Shown here one piece after another: positions 39,066 through 49,589 of a DNA stretch of 64,000 bases. The position numbers and the translations under genes were made by a program. The stretch is from an uncultured virus (IMG/VR IMGVR_UViG_3300028048_000125) (taxonomy: Duplodnaviria > Heunggongvirae > Uroviricota > Caudoviricetes): IMG/VR virus record IMGVR_UViG_3300028048_000125, one strand, 5' to 3'. The notes beneath the pieces were generated by a model. It was not told where the DNA came from. It ran no database searches and worked only from the letters and a program-made list of their open reading frames with translations. How positions within the stretch are numbered: the stretch's first letter is position 1; each line of letters begins with the position of its first letter.

Positions 39066-39884
39066 ATTCGGACACACAGGTTCCGGGTCCAGTGTGTAGA
39101 AGATCTTATCAGGATTCTCCCGCTGCATGCGATGGATGATGCCAGATTCTGTACCAATAATGAACTCGTGATGAGCCGATTCCCGTACGAATTTCAGCAT
39201 TCCTCCCGTGGACAGCGCATAGTCTGCCAGTTCAACAACAGCAGGGCTGCATTCCGGGTGGACGAGCACGAGCGCATTCGGATGTGCGATCTTCGCATCA
39301 TTGATATGTTGCGGGAAGATCTTGTTGTGTGTCGGGCAGCATCCAGGCCACAGCTCCAGCTTCGATCCAATGTGCTTATTCAAGTTGGCACCCAGATTTT
39401 GATCAGGGACGAACAACGCAAACTTGTACTGCGGACGATTCCGAATGATAGCCTCCGCGTTGCCGCTGGTAACACAGAGGTCGACCAGTGTCTTGGTTTC
39501 TGCGGTCGTGTTCACATACGCGACAATCGGCATGTCCGGATGACGGAGCTTATAGGCTATAAGATCTTCTTTGGAGACCATATCAGCCATCGGGCAACCT
39601 GCATCCTGATTCGGCAGCAGCACCTGCGCCAGCGGATTCAGGATCTTTGCAGTCTCAGCCATAAAGCGCACACCGCAGAAGACGATCACAGGCGCGCTGC
39701 TTTCTGCGGCTTTACGGGAGAGCTCCAGCGAGTCTCCCACAAAGTCAGCGATATCCTGAATTTCCGGACGTGTGTAGTTGTGGGCGAGTATGATTGCGTC
39801 TCGCTCTTTCTTGAGTTTAGCGATCTCCTCCAGACAAAAGTCTTTATTGTCTGTAGAGATACTTTCGATTGTTGACCTGTTCAT
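39066..39884 (-). CDS. nadA: quinolinate synthase, exon 1
   Basis: ILAHNY, GDSLELS, FCGVRFMAETAK, AGCPMAD, YVNT, PDQNLG, GCCPTH, HPEC, STGGM, GTE, VCPN; spliced product 316 aa. Confidence 0.95.
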
Positions 39885-39950
39885 CCTGCTCTCCTTAAAG
39901 CATCGATCTGGTCTTATATCCCTGGTGTCCACTCTTGATGTTTTCGAGTT

Positions 39951-40292
39951 TCACTTGGTACCTCCTTGTGCTCTATGAGCGGTGTCAAAGCGTAAGCCAC
40001 CAGCATTGTGGTCGTCAATGTAAACATTGGCGAACACTTTGCGGGGATTGTTATGGAAAGCTTCACAAAGTTCAGGCAGATTGTCATTAGCAGCATCCGG
40101 AGGGATACCGAGCTTTGTTAGAAAGGCAAGCGCTTCATCAAGCAGCTTCCCCTCCCTCATGGTGTAGAGGATCCATTTGTCTCCATTTGCTTTCAGATCT
40201 CTGATGAACTGCTCAGCTTCTGGGTTAATGGCACCTATGCCAGGGAACTTGTTCTCCACAATGGTGCCGTCGAAGTCGATTGCGTATATCAC
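39951..40292 (-). CDS. small HAD-superfamily hydrolase
   Basis: IDFDGT, YT.R, YIDD. Confidence 0.8.
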   Translation of the reverse strand: MIYAIDFDGTIVENKFPGIGAINPEAEQFIRDLKANGDKWILYTMREGKLLDEALAFLTKLGIPPDAANDNLPELCEAFHNNPRKVFANVYIDDHNAGGLRFDTAHRAQGGTK

Positions 40293-40753
40293 TTCTCTGG
40301 CCTCTGTATTCTGTTTACCTCGCTGTTGATCATTGCTGGATCACACGAATATAATCCCTCTCTGCAAATTTGAGTATCTGGATAGCACATGTAATCTTTA
40401 AACTCTGTACAGAACTGCGTTTCATGCATAAGGTGGGAACATGTTGTGCAACAAGCCGCTACATTAATGCCGTTAACCATATGCTGTGTTTTCTTCTCAA
40501 GATCCTCCTTGAGCTTTTCTACATTAGCCTGAAGCGCTTTTATAGCTGCTTCTGCTGTAGAGTACAAATTGTCAGGATATCCTGACCAGTTAGACGATGC
40601 TGTGTCTCCATACTCTCCTACATAATATCTAGCTGCTTGTAAAGACCAGGTAGCTTTTGCAAGCACATGATATCTTATAAGACGAAATGGACCATTGTCT
40701 ATACAATCGTAACCATAGTAGTCTTTACCTACTTCGATCTGTTCGATATTCAT
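40289..40753 (-). CDS. family B protein with Cys-rich tail
   Basis: IEVGKDYY ... LYSTAEAA. Confidence 0.65.
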   Translation of the reverse strand: MNIEQIEVGKDYYGYDCIDNGPFRLIRYHVLAKATWSLQAARYYVGEYGDTASSNWSGYPDNLYSTAEAAIKALQANVEKLKEDLEKKTQHMVNGINVAACCTTCSHLMHETQFCTEFKDYMCYPDTQICREGLYSCDPAMINSEVNRIQRPEK

Positions 40754-40889
40754 TTGTTCTCCTCTTGTTCAAGAACCAGGATTTTCTGCAGGAACTACAG
40801 GCAGCTGTTCTAACTCATACGTAGATTCGATATGATGCTTGGATGGCCGCCATGTGAGCAGTTTGGTTAGTCCGAACATAAAGCTCCTG

Positions 40890-41339
40890 TTAGTATTCTT
40901 CCAACAACTTCAGGAAGGTGTATGACTTGACCTTACCCAGTAGAATGCCCAGGAACACATAGAGGATGTGCGCTCTGCGTCCTGTACAGTCATCTGCTGG
41001 ATCCCCGTCGATGAAAAATGATTTGATGGTGTGTCTCAGGATCAACAGCTGATCACGAAGATCACTCTGGCCGATGGGAGATATATACGGCTCGACCTTG
41101 CCGATGTAGCTGTCTTTGAGTGATTCCACAGCTGCTTTGAACTTGTCGTTGTCACCGTCGTTTGGCAGGTGGAAGATATTGTTCACGAAAGCAGCATATT
41201 TGATACCTGCGGCCTCGTTAACGAGATCGAGCACCTCATTGCTGAGAAGATATTGTTTCCCTGCTCTGATAGTGCGAACCATTACCATATCGGATGGTAC
41301 TTCAACTGTGTTTGGCATTTGTTGTCTCCTTTGATTCAA
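40890..41339 (-). CDS. hypothetical protein
   Basis: 149 aa ORF. Confidence 0.6.
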   Translation of the reverse strand: MNQRRQQMPNTVEVPSDMVMVRTIRAGKQYLLSNEVLDLVNEAAGIKYAAFVNNIFHLPNDGDNDKFKAAVESLKDSYIGKVEPYISPIGQSDLRDQLLILRHTIKSFFIDGDPADDCTGRRAHILYVFLGILLGKVKSYTFLKLLEEY

Positions 41340-41709
41340 GCTCCAGAATTCGCTTCATGATATTTGCACGAATCCTGTCTAATGATTCCAGTGTGCTCTG
41401 CTGTCTGGTGTGTTCAGAACCCCAAAGTTCCAGCTGTTTGCGCAGTGCATCCAGCTCGTTGTCATAGAGCCTGTTCTCAGCGATGTCATAGTCACAGCCT
41501 CCAGATGGATCTTCGTCATAATCGACTTCTGGATCATCATACTCTACTGTGTAGTAAATAAGGCTGTGATCATGGCTCCAGATCACTATCTTCCAGCCAC
41601 AGACATAAGCTCGCTTGAACACACTCTCATGATCACGAACATACCAGACATAATCGCCTGGTTTATATTTAGGAGTTGGGATTTGTATCTTATGTACATC
41701 TACTGACAT
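41302..41709 (-). CDS. family B protein
   Basis: KYKPGDYVW ... LYDNELDA, then coiled coil. Confidence 0.7.
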   Translation of the reverse strand: MSVDVHKIQIPTPKYKPGDYVWYVRDHESVFKRAYVCGWKIVIWSHDHSLIYYTVEYDDPEVDYDEDPSGGCDYDIAENRLYDNELDALRKQLELWGSEHTRQQSTLESLDRIRANIMKRILELESKETTNAKHS

Positions 41710-42546
41710 TGTCAGCCTCCGTAGTTATGACTTAGCCATCGGAACCGTTTCTGAGCCTTTAGATGAGTGAAGTTTGTCCCACTCTGATAGCGTGTACATC
41801 TCGATTTCAAGAGGCTTACCGCCGCAGTTAAAAACTGCTAATTTTTTACCTTCTGGCGTGTTCTTTATGCGGAGTTTAACGCAATCATAGGAGCACGGTT
41901 TACGATTGCCATATGGGCAGAATACGATTTCCATATTCTTATCTGTATCTTCGAACTGATATCCGATTTGTATAAGTGCCATTTTTAGTCTCCTTGTTTT
42001 GGATTGTTAGTTTTCGATTACATGCCAATTGAGCTCATCCAGCGGATGCTCTTTCATGGCATACGTATACCATGCATACCATTCGCACTCGGTTTTACCA
42101 TTTGGTAGTTTTCGCGCTATATCAACCCCACCGTGTGGATCAATATAAACAGTGGAATCACCATAGTCAGCACAAATAGTAGCCCTGTAGCTAATGCCTG
42201 GTCTAAGGTCATTCGGACGCCTCGCTTTCTTTTGTGTTGAAAAGCACAGCGTATAGATTGATCTTTCCGTATTTGAACTCACTACATGTACAGTGAGAGC
42301 TTTTATGCGGCCAGACCCATCCAAAATTTTCGATATACGCATGTTTGAGACATTGTTCTTTCTTATGAACGTACCACAAGCAGTCCTTGCAATAGCGATT
42401 CTTTATCGCTCTGCGATATGAAAAGAAGTCAATCACGAGAATATTGAGTAATCCCCCAATGGTGCCGATAATCGAGCAGATTATAGGTATGAGTATTTTC
42501 ATTCGGACACCTCTTTGGTCATATTGTCGTTATTCCTTTCTCCGGC

Positions 42547-42951
42547 CTAGCAGAAATAGAATACAGCTGGATCCCTCATGTCCTGATCGAGTTGTTTTCT
42601 ATCTTCGTTGCACTTTTTGAGTTGTTCATTGAGCCAGTCGAGGGTATCCTTGTGCTTCTGGGTCTCTTGCTGCCACTCGGAAACATCAACCTCCTGCTGC
42701 TTAATAGCGGCCTCCAGTGCCTCCTTCCTGGTAGCAAAGAATTCCGAGCCATCGAAGGTATGCTGCTGAAGCACGCCATCCTCCTCGATGTTGACGGTAT
42801 AGCTGATATACCCGTCAGCCTCGTTCAGTTCTCTTCTGATCTCGAGTCCGATGATCTCTACCTCGGCCAAATACCGGCACCAGTAGGCCCAAACCCATAC
42901 TTTGTCACCGATGGTATAACCATCATAGGTTATAGTCTGTGTTTGTTTCAT
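42547..42951 (-). CDS. family B protein
   Basis: YTIGDKVW ... FFATRKEA, then coiled coil. Confidence 0.7.
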   Translation of the reverse strand: MKQTQTITYDGYTIGDKVWVWAYWCRYLAEVEIIGLEIRRELNEADGYISYTVNIEEDGVLQQHTFDGSEFFATRKEALEAAIKQQEVDVSEWQQETQKHKDTLDWLNEQLKKCNEDRKQLDQDMRDPAVFYFC

Positions 42952-42985
42952 TTGCGTTTCTCCTTATTCGGATTGTTACCACTGG

Positions 42986-43318
42986 TTACAGCGTCTTATC
43001 CGCCGGAACATGCAACTCGCCCATAACACCATGCTCTCCGATTATCCTGTTATCAAGGAAGTCATCAATGTTGTGCAGAAGCGTAGCCACAGTACCGCGC
43101 ATATACCTGAGACCAGTTTTGAGATCGGTGAAAAGATTGCTGCAACTTACAGTCAGAAGCTGCTTGCTCCAGATAGTTCCGTCTGGGCACAGCTGCGTCA
43201 CGACAGCAAAACGATCACCAGGCTTGTAGCGCACAACCTCCACGCGCTCAAAATCCAGCATGAAATCGCTTTCCGAGATTGTTGCCAACCAATATTGTGT
43301 ACCTTGTTTGATGTTCAT
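42986..43318 (-). CDS. family B protein
   Basis: IKQGTQYW ... LFTDLKTG. Confidence 0.65.
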   Translation of the reverse strand: MNIKQGTQYWLATISESDFMLDFERVEVVRYKPGDRFAVVTQLCPDGTIWSKQLLTVSCSNLFTDLKTGLRYMRGTVATLLHNIDDFLDNRIIGEHGVMGELHVPADKTL

Positions 43319-43585
43319 TTGTTTTCTCCTTTGTGTTAAGTTTTACCAGCCAGCATCGAATGGGCCGGGTTTTGTCCATTTCCGTCCCTCACTTTCCGTA
43401 ATAGATACCACCAGTGCTTGTATTTGCAATATTTCACAGAACAGAATTCCGGATTGTCCATAAACCATTCTGGTTTGGGCTGAACAACTCCACAAGTTCT
43501 GTCCTCTGTGCAGCAAAAGCAAACACGTCCAGCGGCTTCCATTAAAGCGGAATACAATTCTTTAGTCTCGTCTGTCATTTGTTCC

Positions 43586-43966
43586 TCAATCATCCTTAAC
43601 GGAGCGACCGAGAAGTATAGCTTTGATCTTTCCAGCCAAAGACTGTCGGGTCTCTCTTGAACCTTTGTTATAACTGTCCAAAACTTGGATCTTCGCCATA
43701 TAATCTGCAGTGATGTCACTCTTTATGGTGCTTATCAGATCCTTTGGTGTAGAATGCAGATCTTCAAGCCTAACCATATCACAATAATGCTGGCTCTCAT
43801 CATGATGCTTCCACACGCGAGTACCATACTCTGGTGATATATTATAAACAAGACACCAACCATCTTCAACTAATGGCCATCGACCATCCTCTACACAAAC
43901 TACAGCCTGGCATAGGGTGCTACCATCCATATAATATACGATGTCACCGGGTTTGAATTTGCTCAT
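43586..43966 (-). CDS. family B protein
   Basis: KFKPGDIVY ... LHSTPKDL. Confidence 0.7.
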   Translation of the reverse strand: MSKFKPGDIVYYMDGSTLCQAVVCVEDGRWPLVEDGWCLVYNISPEYGTRVWKHHDESQHYCDMVRLEDLHSTPKDLISTIKSDITADYMAKIQVLDSYNKGSRETRQSLAGKIKAILLGRSVKDD

Positions 43967-44289
43967 CCCTCGTCCTCCTCATCTGTATTATCAAGAATAT
44001 CCTCCTTAAGATATTGCAAAGCCTTTTCCAAAGCTTCTTCCTTGGTGTGTCCCATCATGCACTCCTCGCGCCAATTGCAATACGGGGAATCCAGGGAGGT
44101 TCTTAGCACCCAGTGAGATGCGGTACACTGTTCCGGAGTGGTTGTACGAGTCGTCTGCCAGCAGTCAGCAACGAGGCGCTCCAACCAGTAATGAGGACCA
44201 TCATCCCAGGCGAGCGCCCAGACAGTATCCCCATGCTTGAAGTCACCGTGTTCCGGGACCTCTTTAAGCACTTCCCATAAAGGTTTCAT
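43963..44289 (-). CDS. family B protein
   Basis: FKHGDTVW ... MGHTKEEA. Confidence 0.7.
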   Translation of the reverse strand: MKPLWEVLKEVPEHGDFKHGDTVWALAWDDGPHYWLERLVADCWQTTRTTTPEQCTASHWVLRTSLDSPYCNWREECMMGHTKEEALEKALQYLKEDILDNTDEEDEG

Positions 44290-44655
44290 CTTTAGTTCTC
44301 CTTAGTTATGGGTAATTATCGTGATAATATTGTTTAGCTGCACCAAGTGTTTTGAACACCTTATTTGGATGAAGCCAGAAACTGTCCCTGCGGAGATAAG
44401 CAGAGTCACGTTTAATCCATTCGTGATAATAGCTGTCAGCACTGTCCCAATACTTTGTGTAGATAGGATATAATTGCGTTACCTTCACGAGCGGTTTACC
44501 ACGGTACTCACATTCTTCCCAGCTATTAGCTGTAAACACTCGATTAAACATTACAACATAAACGTGTTGAATACTCATGTTTTCTCCAACTAAACGAAAA
44601 AGCCCCGCCAAGCAGAAGCCTGACGGGGCACGAATATTTTCAGAACAATTGAGAA

Positions 44656-45162
44656 CTACTGCATCAGAAGAACGGGTTCACCGTCTCCTGTTTGCTTCAT
44701 ATCGGTAATCCTCTGGTTGGAACTGCCACGGAAAGGCAGATCAGGATCACGCAGCGCCTGCACGAACCTACCGTCCACAAGGACATCGACATTAGCCAGT
44801 ATATTTTTCACATAAGGCGTTTGCATAGCTCTCAGCTGTTCCAGCGTATAACCACTGTACAACCAAATATCTTTTGTTGGTTGTTCGCTACGTATACGAT
44901 GCACAAGGGACCATATGTACTCTTGATGAGACGGATCCATAGGTTCACCGCCCAGGAATGTCAACCCTCTTACATATGGCGCTTTCAGATACTCCATTAT
45001 GGCATCCTCCACTTCTTTCGTATAGGGTTTGCCAAAGTCCTCGTTCCATGCCCTGCTGTTAAAGCATCCAGGGCATTTGTGAGAACAACCGGAGACGAAT
45101 AGGGATACTCGGACCCCGAATCCGTTAATCATATCAGCCTTATATATCGTTACGTAGTTCAT
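44656..45162 (-). CDS. nrdG: anaerobic RNR activating enzyme
   Basis: NGFGVRVSLFVSGCSHKCPGCFN, LGGEP, VDGRF, FRGSSNQR. Confidence 0.95.
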   Translation of the reverse strand: MNYVTIYKADMINGFGVRVSLFVSGCSHKCPGCFNSRAWNEDFGKPYTKEVEDAIMEYLKAPYVRGLTFLGGEPMDPSHQEYIWSLVHRIRSEQPTKDIWLYSGYTLEQLRAMQTPYVKNILANVDVLVDGRFVQALRDPDLPFRGSSNQRITDMKQTGDGEPVLLMQ

Positions 45163-45168
45163 GTTGTG

Positions 45169-48100
45169 TTACCCTATGTGCTTAATTCGATGGTGGACTT
45201 CGTCCTGCTTGCCAAGATTGAAGTGCCTGTAATCCGTACTGCAGTAGCCCGTTATGCGGCGTAGCCTTCTGACATCCGTGCTGCCGCATTTAGGGCATCT
45301 ATCCGGGATATCTCCCAGATAGCCGCAGCCTTGGCATTGATCGTTCGGAAGGTTGGCGCCGATATATGGAATATCATGTTCCATAGCATAGCGGATCAGT
45401 TCTTCCAAACCCTCAAGGTTATTCTTGACATTACCATCTAATTCAACCCAGGTTACACAACCGGCCGTGGTGTAGCCGGTCAGCTGAGCTTCAAGGTCGA
45501 CCTTCTCAAAGGCGTTCATCTTGCGCCAGACAGGCACATGGAAGCTGTTTGTGAAGAACTCCTTGTCGCTGACGTTAGGTATCACGCCATAATGCTCTCT
45601 GAACTTCTTAAGAGCCGTGTAGCAGAGCATCTCGCTTGGAGAAGCGTAGACCCCAAAATTCATCTTGTACTTGGAGCGCAACTCGTTGATCTTATCCTTG
45701 TACAGTTGCTCAATGCGCTTGGCCAACTCCATACCCTCTGGCGTGGTTTGGTCTGCTCCGATGAGGAGCTGCAATGCTTCTGCAAGCCCAAGTTGCCCGA
45801 TTGCAAACGTTCCATGTTTGAGAGCGCTTTCGATGCCTTCTTCCGGTATATAGCCCACCATCGTGCGGTTGGTGTACATAAAGGGGGCCGCAGAAGGTGG
45901 CTGAGCCTTGATGATCTCGAAACGCTCGATCAGAGACTCTGCTGCATCTTGGATCTTGATTTCCAGCAGCTGCATGAAGGCCTCAACGTCACGATTTGCA
46001 AGCATCGCCAGCTCCGGCAAGATGATCGTTACAGGAGCGATGTTACCACGACCGTACTTCTGTGCACCAGAGAGGACGTCTACATCGGTATCGCCTTTCT
46101 GAATTACATCAGCGATAGCCTTTCTGTAGCTGTCTTCTGCATTCAGATCAAAGCCGTTTACAGTACGACAGTTGTGAGAATAAATGCCGTTCACTGTAAA
46201 GTGCTCAGACTCCGTTGTAACGTCATAGCTATAATCGACCTTGTCGTATGGTGTTATCTGCGTTACGTTGCAAATATCAGAATCTATAGCACCCCAACTT
46301 ACGAATTTGTGATCTTCATGAAGGTGGGCACGTTTCTTTCCTGATACCAGATACGAAAACAGCTCGTAGGATGCAGGAAACTCTACACGCCAACGAATCT
46401 TGGACGGGTCTGCTGCATTATATCTGTTACGATACATAACAGCATTCAAACCAATATCCTTAGCGAGCAACATCTGCCCCATAGCCAGCTCTCTGTTTGT
46501 CGATCCTATCTGCACTCGGATAGTGTTACCAGAGTCATTGATATAACCATCGGCATCTATCATACCTGCCATAAACGACAGCTTGTGGTGTCGCGCTGCA
46601 TTAAAGATAAAGTTCGGTATCTTGCGCTCAATCTTGGTATTGCCTTCAAACGCATTCATATAATCGCGGCAAAGTTGGCTTGACCGCTTTACATAAAGCT
46701 CAGCATAATCACCCTTGATGCCTCGATGTTGTTCACGTCTGGTACAGTTATAACCAAGATCGTTGAAACCTTTTTCTGCCTCGTCGAGCAAGTCTTTTTC
46801 ATCAAGCCCTAAAGCAAGATTCAAAGAACCCGCTAGACTGGCATCACAAAGCACAAGACCTTCAAGCCACATCTCTCTGTCGAACTTAGGCTCTTCCGCC
46901 TGACTGTTATTATTCACATCTCTGTGGATAGTATCACCAACCAGAAGGTCTCTCGCAAACACCACACCCCTATCAACGACCTCAAACGGATGGTCTGATG
47001 TCACATCCAGCGTTCTGCCACCGGAAAAGTCAACGGTCATCCACTGAGCCGACAAATTTTTGATAATGCGATGCTGCTTGACATACCTCTGTGCGACACA
47101 GTCGTAGATACTGACATCTGGTGTGTTGATGTACAGATCTCTGCCATTAGGCTGTACCTTGATGTCATAGATACCTGCTAGTCTATTCCAGGCGCGCTGG
47201 AACGTTTCAACAAAACGATGCTCACCAATCTTGTAATCGATGATTGACTCTCCTGAAACGCAGCCCATGCAAGTCATTGATTCATAGTCTCTTTCGACAT
47301 TATCTACCTCAAGACTGCCATCAACGACTTTAAGCATAAGCTTATTAGCCACCTCAGGCTTCTCGGTCAATCTTGCAATAAGGGCAGCCCGCTGCTCCTC
47401 GGTCAGTTCTCCTATAACGCGACGTTTAGCTTCTCTATCGGATGCTAACCACGCCTGCTGATTCGACCAGTCACCATTGAGGAACATCGGATACAGCCGC
47501 TTTGCCGTGCACTTCAGGGCAAGCTGGAACAGATCGTAATTAGGGTCCTTCGGATACAGGTTAACGCCCTTCTTGCACACGAAGATCGTGATAGGGAAGA
47601 TAGCTGTTGTATGCAGCTTTCCTATACCATCCAGGCAACACAGAAGCATCTGCTCAGTGATCAACCTACCTTCCGGCTCTGTGCAAAGTCCTGCATCCGT
47701 TGACGAGAATGGAAGTTGCGAACCCGATCGAGCAAGGATTGACACCAGGTTATGGAACAGTCCTTCCATTGCCTGATGAGCTTCTTTCCTGGTATCCTGA
47801 ATTGCACATACTTTGCGGGTTGCATCAAGCTTTGTGCTGGCGAACTTGAAGTCATCGTCAGTGAGTCCTGTCAGCCCCATGTACCATGCCACAAATGCGT
47901 TCTCTATGCTTTCTAGTGCATCGTCATCCAGCGCGTACCAGGAAGCCTTTGTCGGATATTTCCAAAGCAGCGCCTTCAGCTCTTCACTTGGCTGTTCTTC
48001 TGTCAGTTCACGATCAAACATGTAATCCTCGAACACACGCTTCAAATAATGTGCTTTAAAGGATTTCCTGACATACGGGACCATAGCAAAGTCGATGACA

Positions 48101-48759
48101 GCTGCGCAGCCGCCGAACATCTGCGTCGACTGAGACTGCAGATAAACGACCAGCTGCTGAAGCGCAGAGCTGATGTAATTCGGGGAACGCAAATCACCCT
48201 GTCTCAGCACGACGCCATCCGCCAAAAGTTTCGGAAGAGGGAGCTGCAGGCAATTATGCTCACCGGTCGCCCAATGCTCCATATCATGTTGATATACAAT
48301 ATTTTGCAGATGATCATTGCGTGTTTTGTCAGACATCTTAAAGTTCAGCGCCACATCCTTTAATACAAGAATAGTCGCTTCTCCTATACGTCCTCCAAAG
48401 CTGTTCTCATCGACATTGGCGTTTTGATTCTGGACATGCTTTGCTGACAGCTTATCCAAGATACCATTATACAGCTCGATGTTGCTGCTGCGTGCCATCG
48501 CATGCCTTTCCCTATAACGGATGAAGGCGGTAGCGACTTTCAGTAGGCCTCTCTTCATCAAAGCCTCCTGCACCAGGTCCAGTACGCTTTCCTGGTCTAT
48601 TTCAGGCACATCGCCTATAGCCTGCACCACATCCTCCGTCACACTCAGAGCGATTGTGTCGCTGGACATATCGCAGGCTTCCAGTGCCTTTTTGATGGCT
48701 ATCGTTATCTTATTACGATCGAAATCGACAACGCTTCCATCACGTTTAATTACGTTCAT
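45169..48759 (-). CDS. nrdD: class III anaerobic ribonucleotide reductase with ATP cone and intein
   Basis: VIKRDG ATP cone, NQNAN, HD...NC, MG|CRT, TNSFH, Zn ribbon, RITGY glycyl radical motif. Confidence 0.95.
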   Translation of the reverse strand: MNVIKRDGSVVDFDRNKITIAIKKALEACDMSSDTIALSVTEDVVQAIGDVPEIDQESVLDLVQEALMKRGLLKVATAFIRYRERHAMARSSNIELYNGILDKLSAKHVQNQNANVDENSFGGRIGEATILVLKDVALNFKMSDKTRNDHLQNIVYQHDMEHWATGEHNCLQLPLPKLLADGVVLRQGDLRSPNYISSALQQLVVYLQSQSTQMFGGCAAVIDFAMVPYVRKSFKAHYLKRVFEDYMFDRELTEEQPSEELKALLWKYPTKASWYALDDDALESIENAFVAWYMGLTGLTDDDFKFASTKLDATRKVCAIQDTRKEAHQAMEGLFHNLVSILARSGSQLPFSSTDAGLCTEPEGRLITEQMLLCCLDGIGKLHTTAIFPITIFVCKKGVNLYPKDPNYDLFQLALKCTAKRLYPMFLNGDWSNQQAWLASDREAKRRVIGELTEEQRAALIARLTEKPEVANKLMLKVVDGSLEVDNVERDYESMTCMGCVSGESIIDYKIGEHRFVETFQRAWNRLAGIYDIKVQPNGRDLYINTPDVSIYDCVAQRYVKQHRIIKNLSAQWMTVDFSGGRTLDVTSDHPFEVVDRGVVFARDLLVGDTIHRDVNNNSQAEEPKFDREMWLEGLVLCDASLAGSLNLALGLDEKDLLDEAEKGFNDLGYNCTRREQHRGIKGDYAELYVKRSSQLCRDYMNAFEGNTKIERKIPNFIFNAARHHKLSFMAGMIDADGYINDSGNTIRVQIGSTNRELAMGQMLLAKDIGLNAVMYRNRYNAADPSKIRWRVEFPASYELFSYLVSGKKRAHLHEDHKFVSWGAIDSDICNVTQITPYDKVDYSYDVTTESEHFTVNGIYSHNCRTVNGFDLNAEDSYRKAIADVIQKGDTDVDVLSGAQKYGRGNIAPVTIILPELAMLANRDVEAFMQLLEIKIQDAAESLIERFEIIKAQPPSAAPFMYTNRTMVGYIPEEGIESALKHGTFAIGQLGLAEALQLLIGADQTTPEGMELAKRIEQLYKDKINELRSKYKMNFGVYASPSEMLCYTALKKFREHYGVIPNVSDKEFFTNSFHVPVWRKMNAFEKVDLEAQLTGYTTAGCVTWVELDGNVKNNLEGLEELIRYAMEHDIPYIGANLPNDQCQGCGYLGDIPDRCPKCGSTDVRRLRRITGYCSTDYRHFNLGKQDEVHHRIKHIG
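46171..47262 (-). mobile_element. intein (364 aa) with LAGLIDADG endonuclease
   Basis: starts CVSGES, block B TSDHPF, LEGLVLCDA and FMAGMIDADG, ends YSHN followed by Cys. Confidence 0.93.
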
Positions 48760-49336
48760 TGGTACTCCTAAACAGTTTCTTATAGACCTTCTCGTCTGTG
48801 GGGCTTAAAGATAACACCTCCACACACAAAGGCACCCGATCCACAACAGGCGCGTCTGTCTGGTGCTCCTGCAAGAATCGGGTACCCCGGAAAAAGGCCT
48901 CGTCAAACTGTGGACAAAACCGGTGTAGCTGCTGCAATAGGTTTTCGACCTCAGTCATGGTTGCATCCAGATGCCAGAAGGGTGCAAAGAAAGGATCATC
49001 ACAGTTTACGAATTTGCTTTGTCTCGCAGTCTCTTGTGCCATCCTAAAGTTGTCTAACATCAGGGCAGCCGAATTTACCCAGAGGGCAAATCTTACCATC
49101 TGTTCCGGGTCTTTTGCGATCCTTGCAATACGGGCAGGCAATGCATATTTCAGCTCATTCAGACATATGGACTGAAGCAATTCCGAGCGCCTGCTAGTAA
49201 CAAGAATCGAGTGCCCATCCCATATCGCCGCTGCATCTGATGGTCTTAGTTGGAAAGTCCGGATCATGTCTTGTTTGGACTGACACATTGCGCGCATCAG
49301 ACTGCAGCAGCTACCTGGTAACCATATCTTTTGCAT
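48746..49336 (-). CDS. hypothetical protein
   Basis: 196 aa ORF. Confidence 0.6.
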   Translation of the reverse strand: MQKIWLPGSCCSLMRAMCQSKQDMIRTFQLRPSDAAAIWDGHSILVTSRRSELLQSICLNELKYALPARIARIAKDPEQMVRFALWVNSAALMLDNFRMAQETARQSKFVNCDDPFFAPFWHLDATMTEVENLLQQLHRFCPQFDEAFFRGTRFLQEHQTDAPVVDRVPLCVEVLSLSPTDEKVYKKLFRSTNERN

Positions 49337-49589
49337 AACAAGAAAAGGGCGCCGTTACCGACGCCCTGAATCCTATACCGGGTTTATGTTTTAGGTTACT
49401 TGAGTTTGGCTTCCAGGGCGCCTATCTCCTCTTCCATCTGTTCGATGGTGTTCTGGAGCATAGCACAGGTGGCCTCCAAGTTTTTGACGGCATTTTCGAG
49501 CCTGAGCACCCGGTCCTTCAGCATTGCTGTATTGTGGCTGGAACCACTGGACTCACGAGTGAAACCGTAATCAGCATCCATCGGCATAA

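Noticed and set aside
39042..39932. nadA as a truncated pseudogene knocked out by an IS
   Set aside because: The missing C-terminus is intact downstream and is rejoined in frame by group I splice junctions
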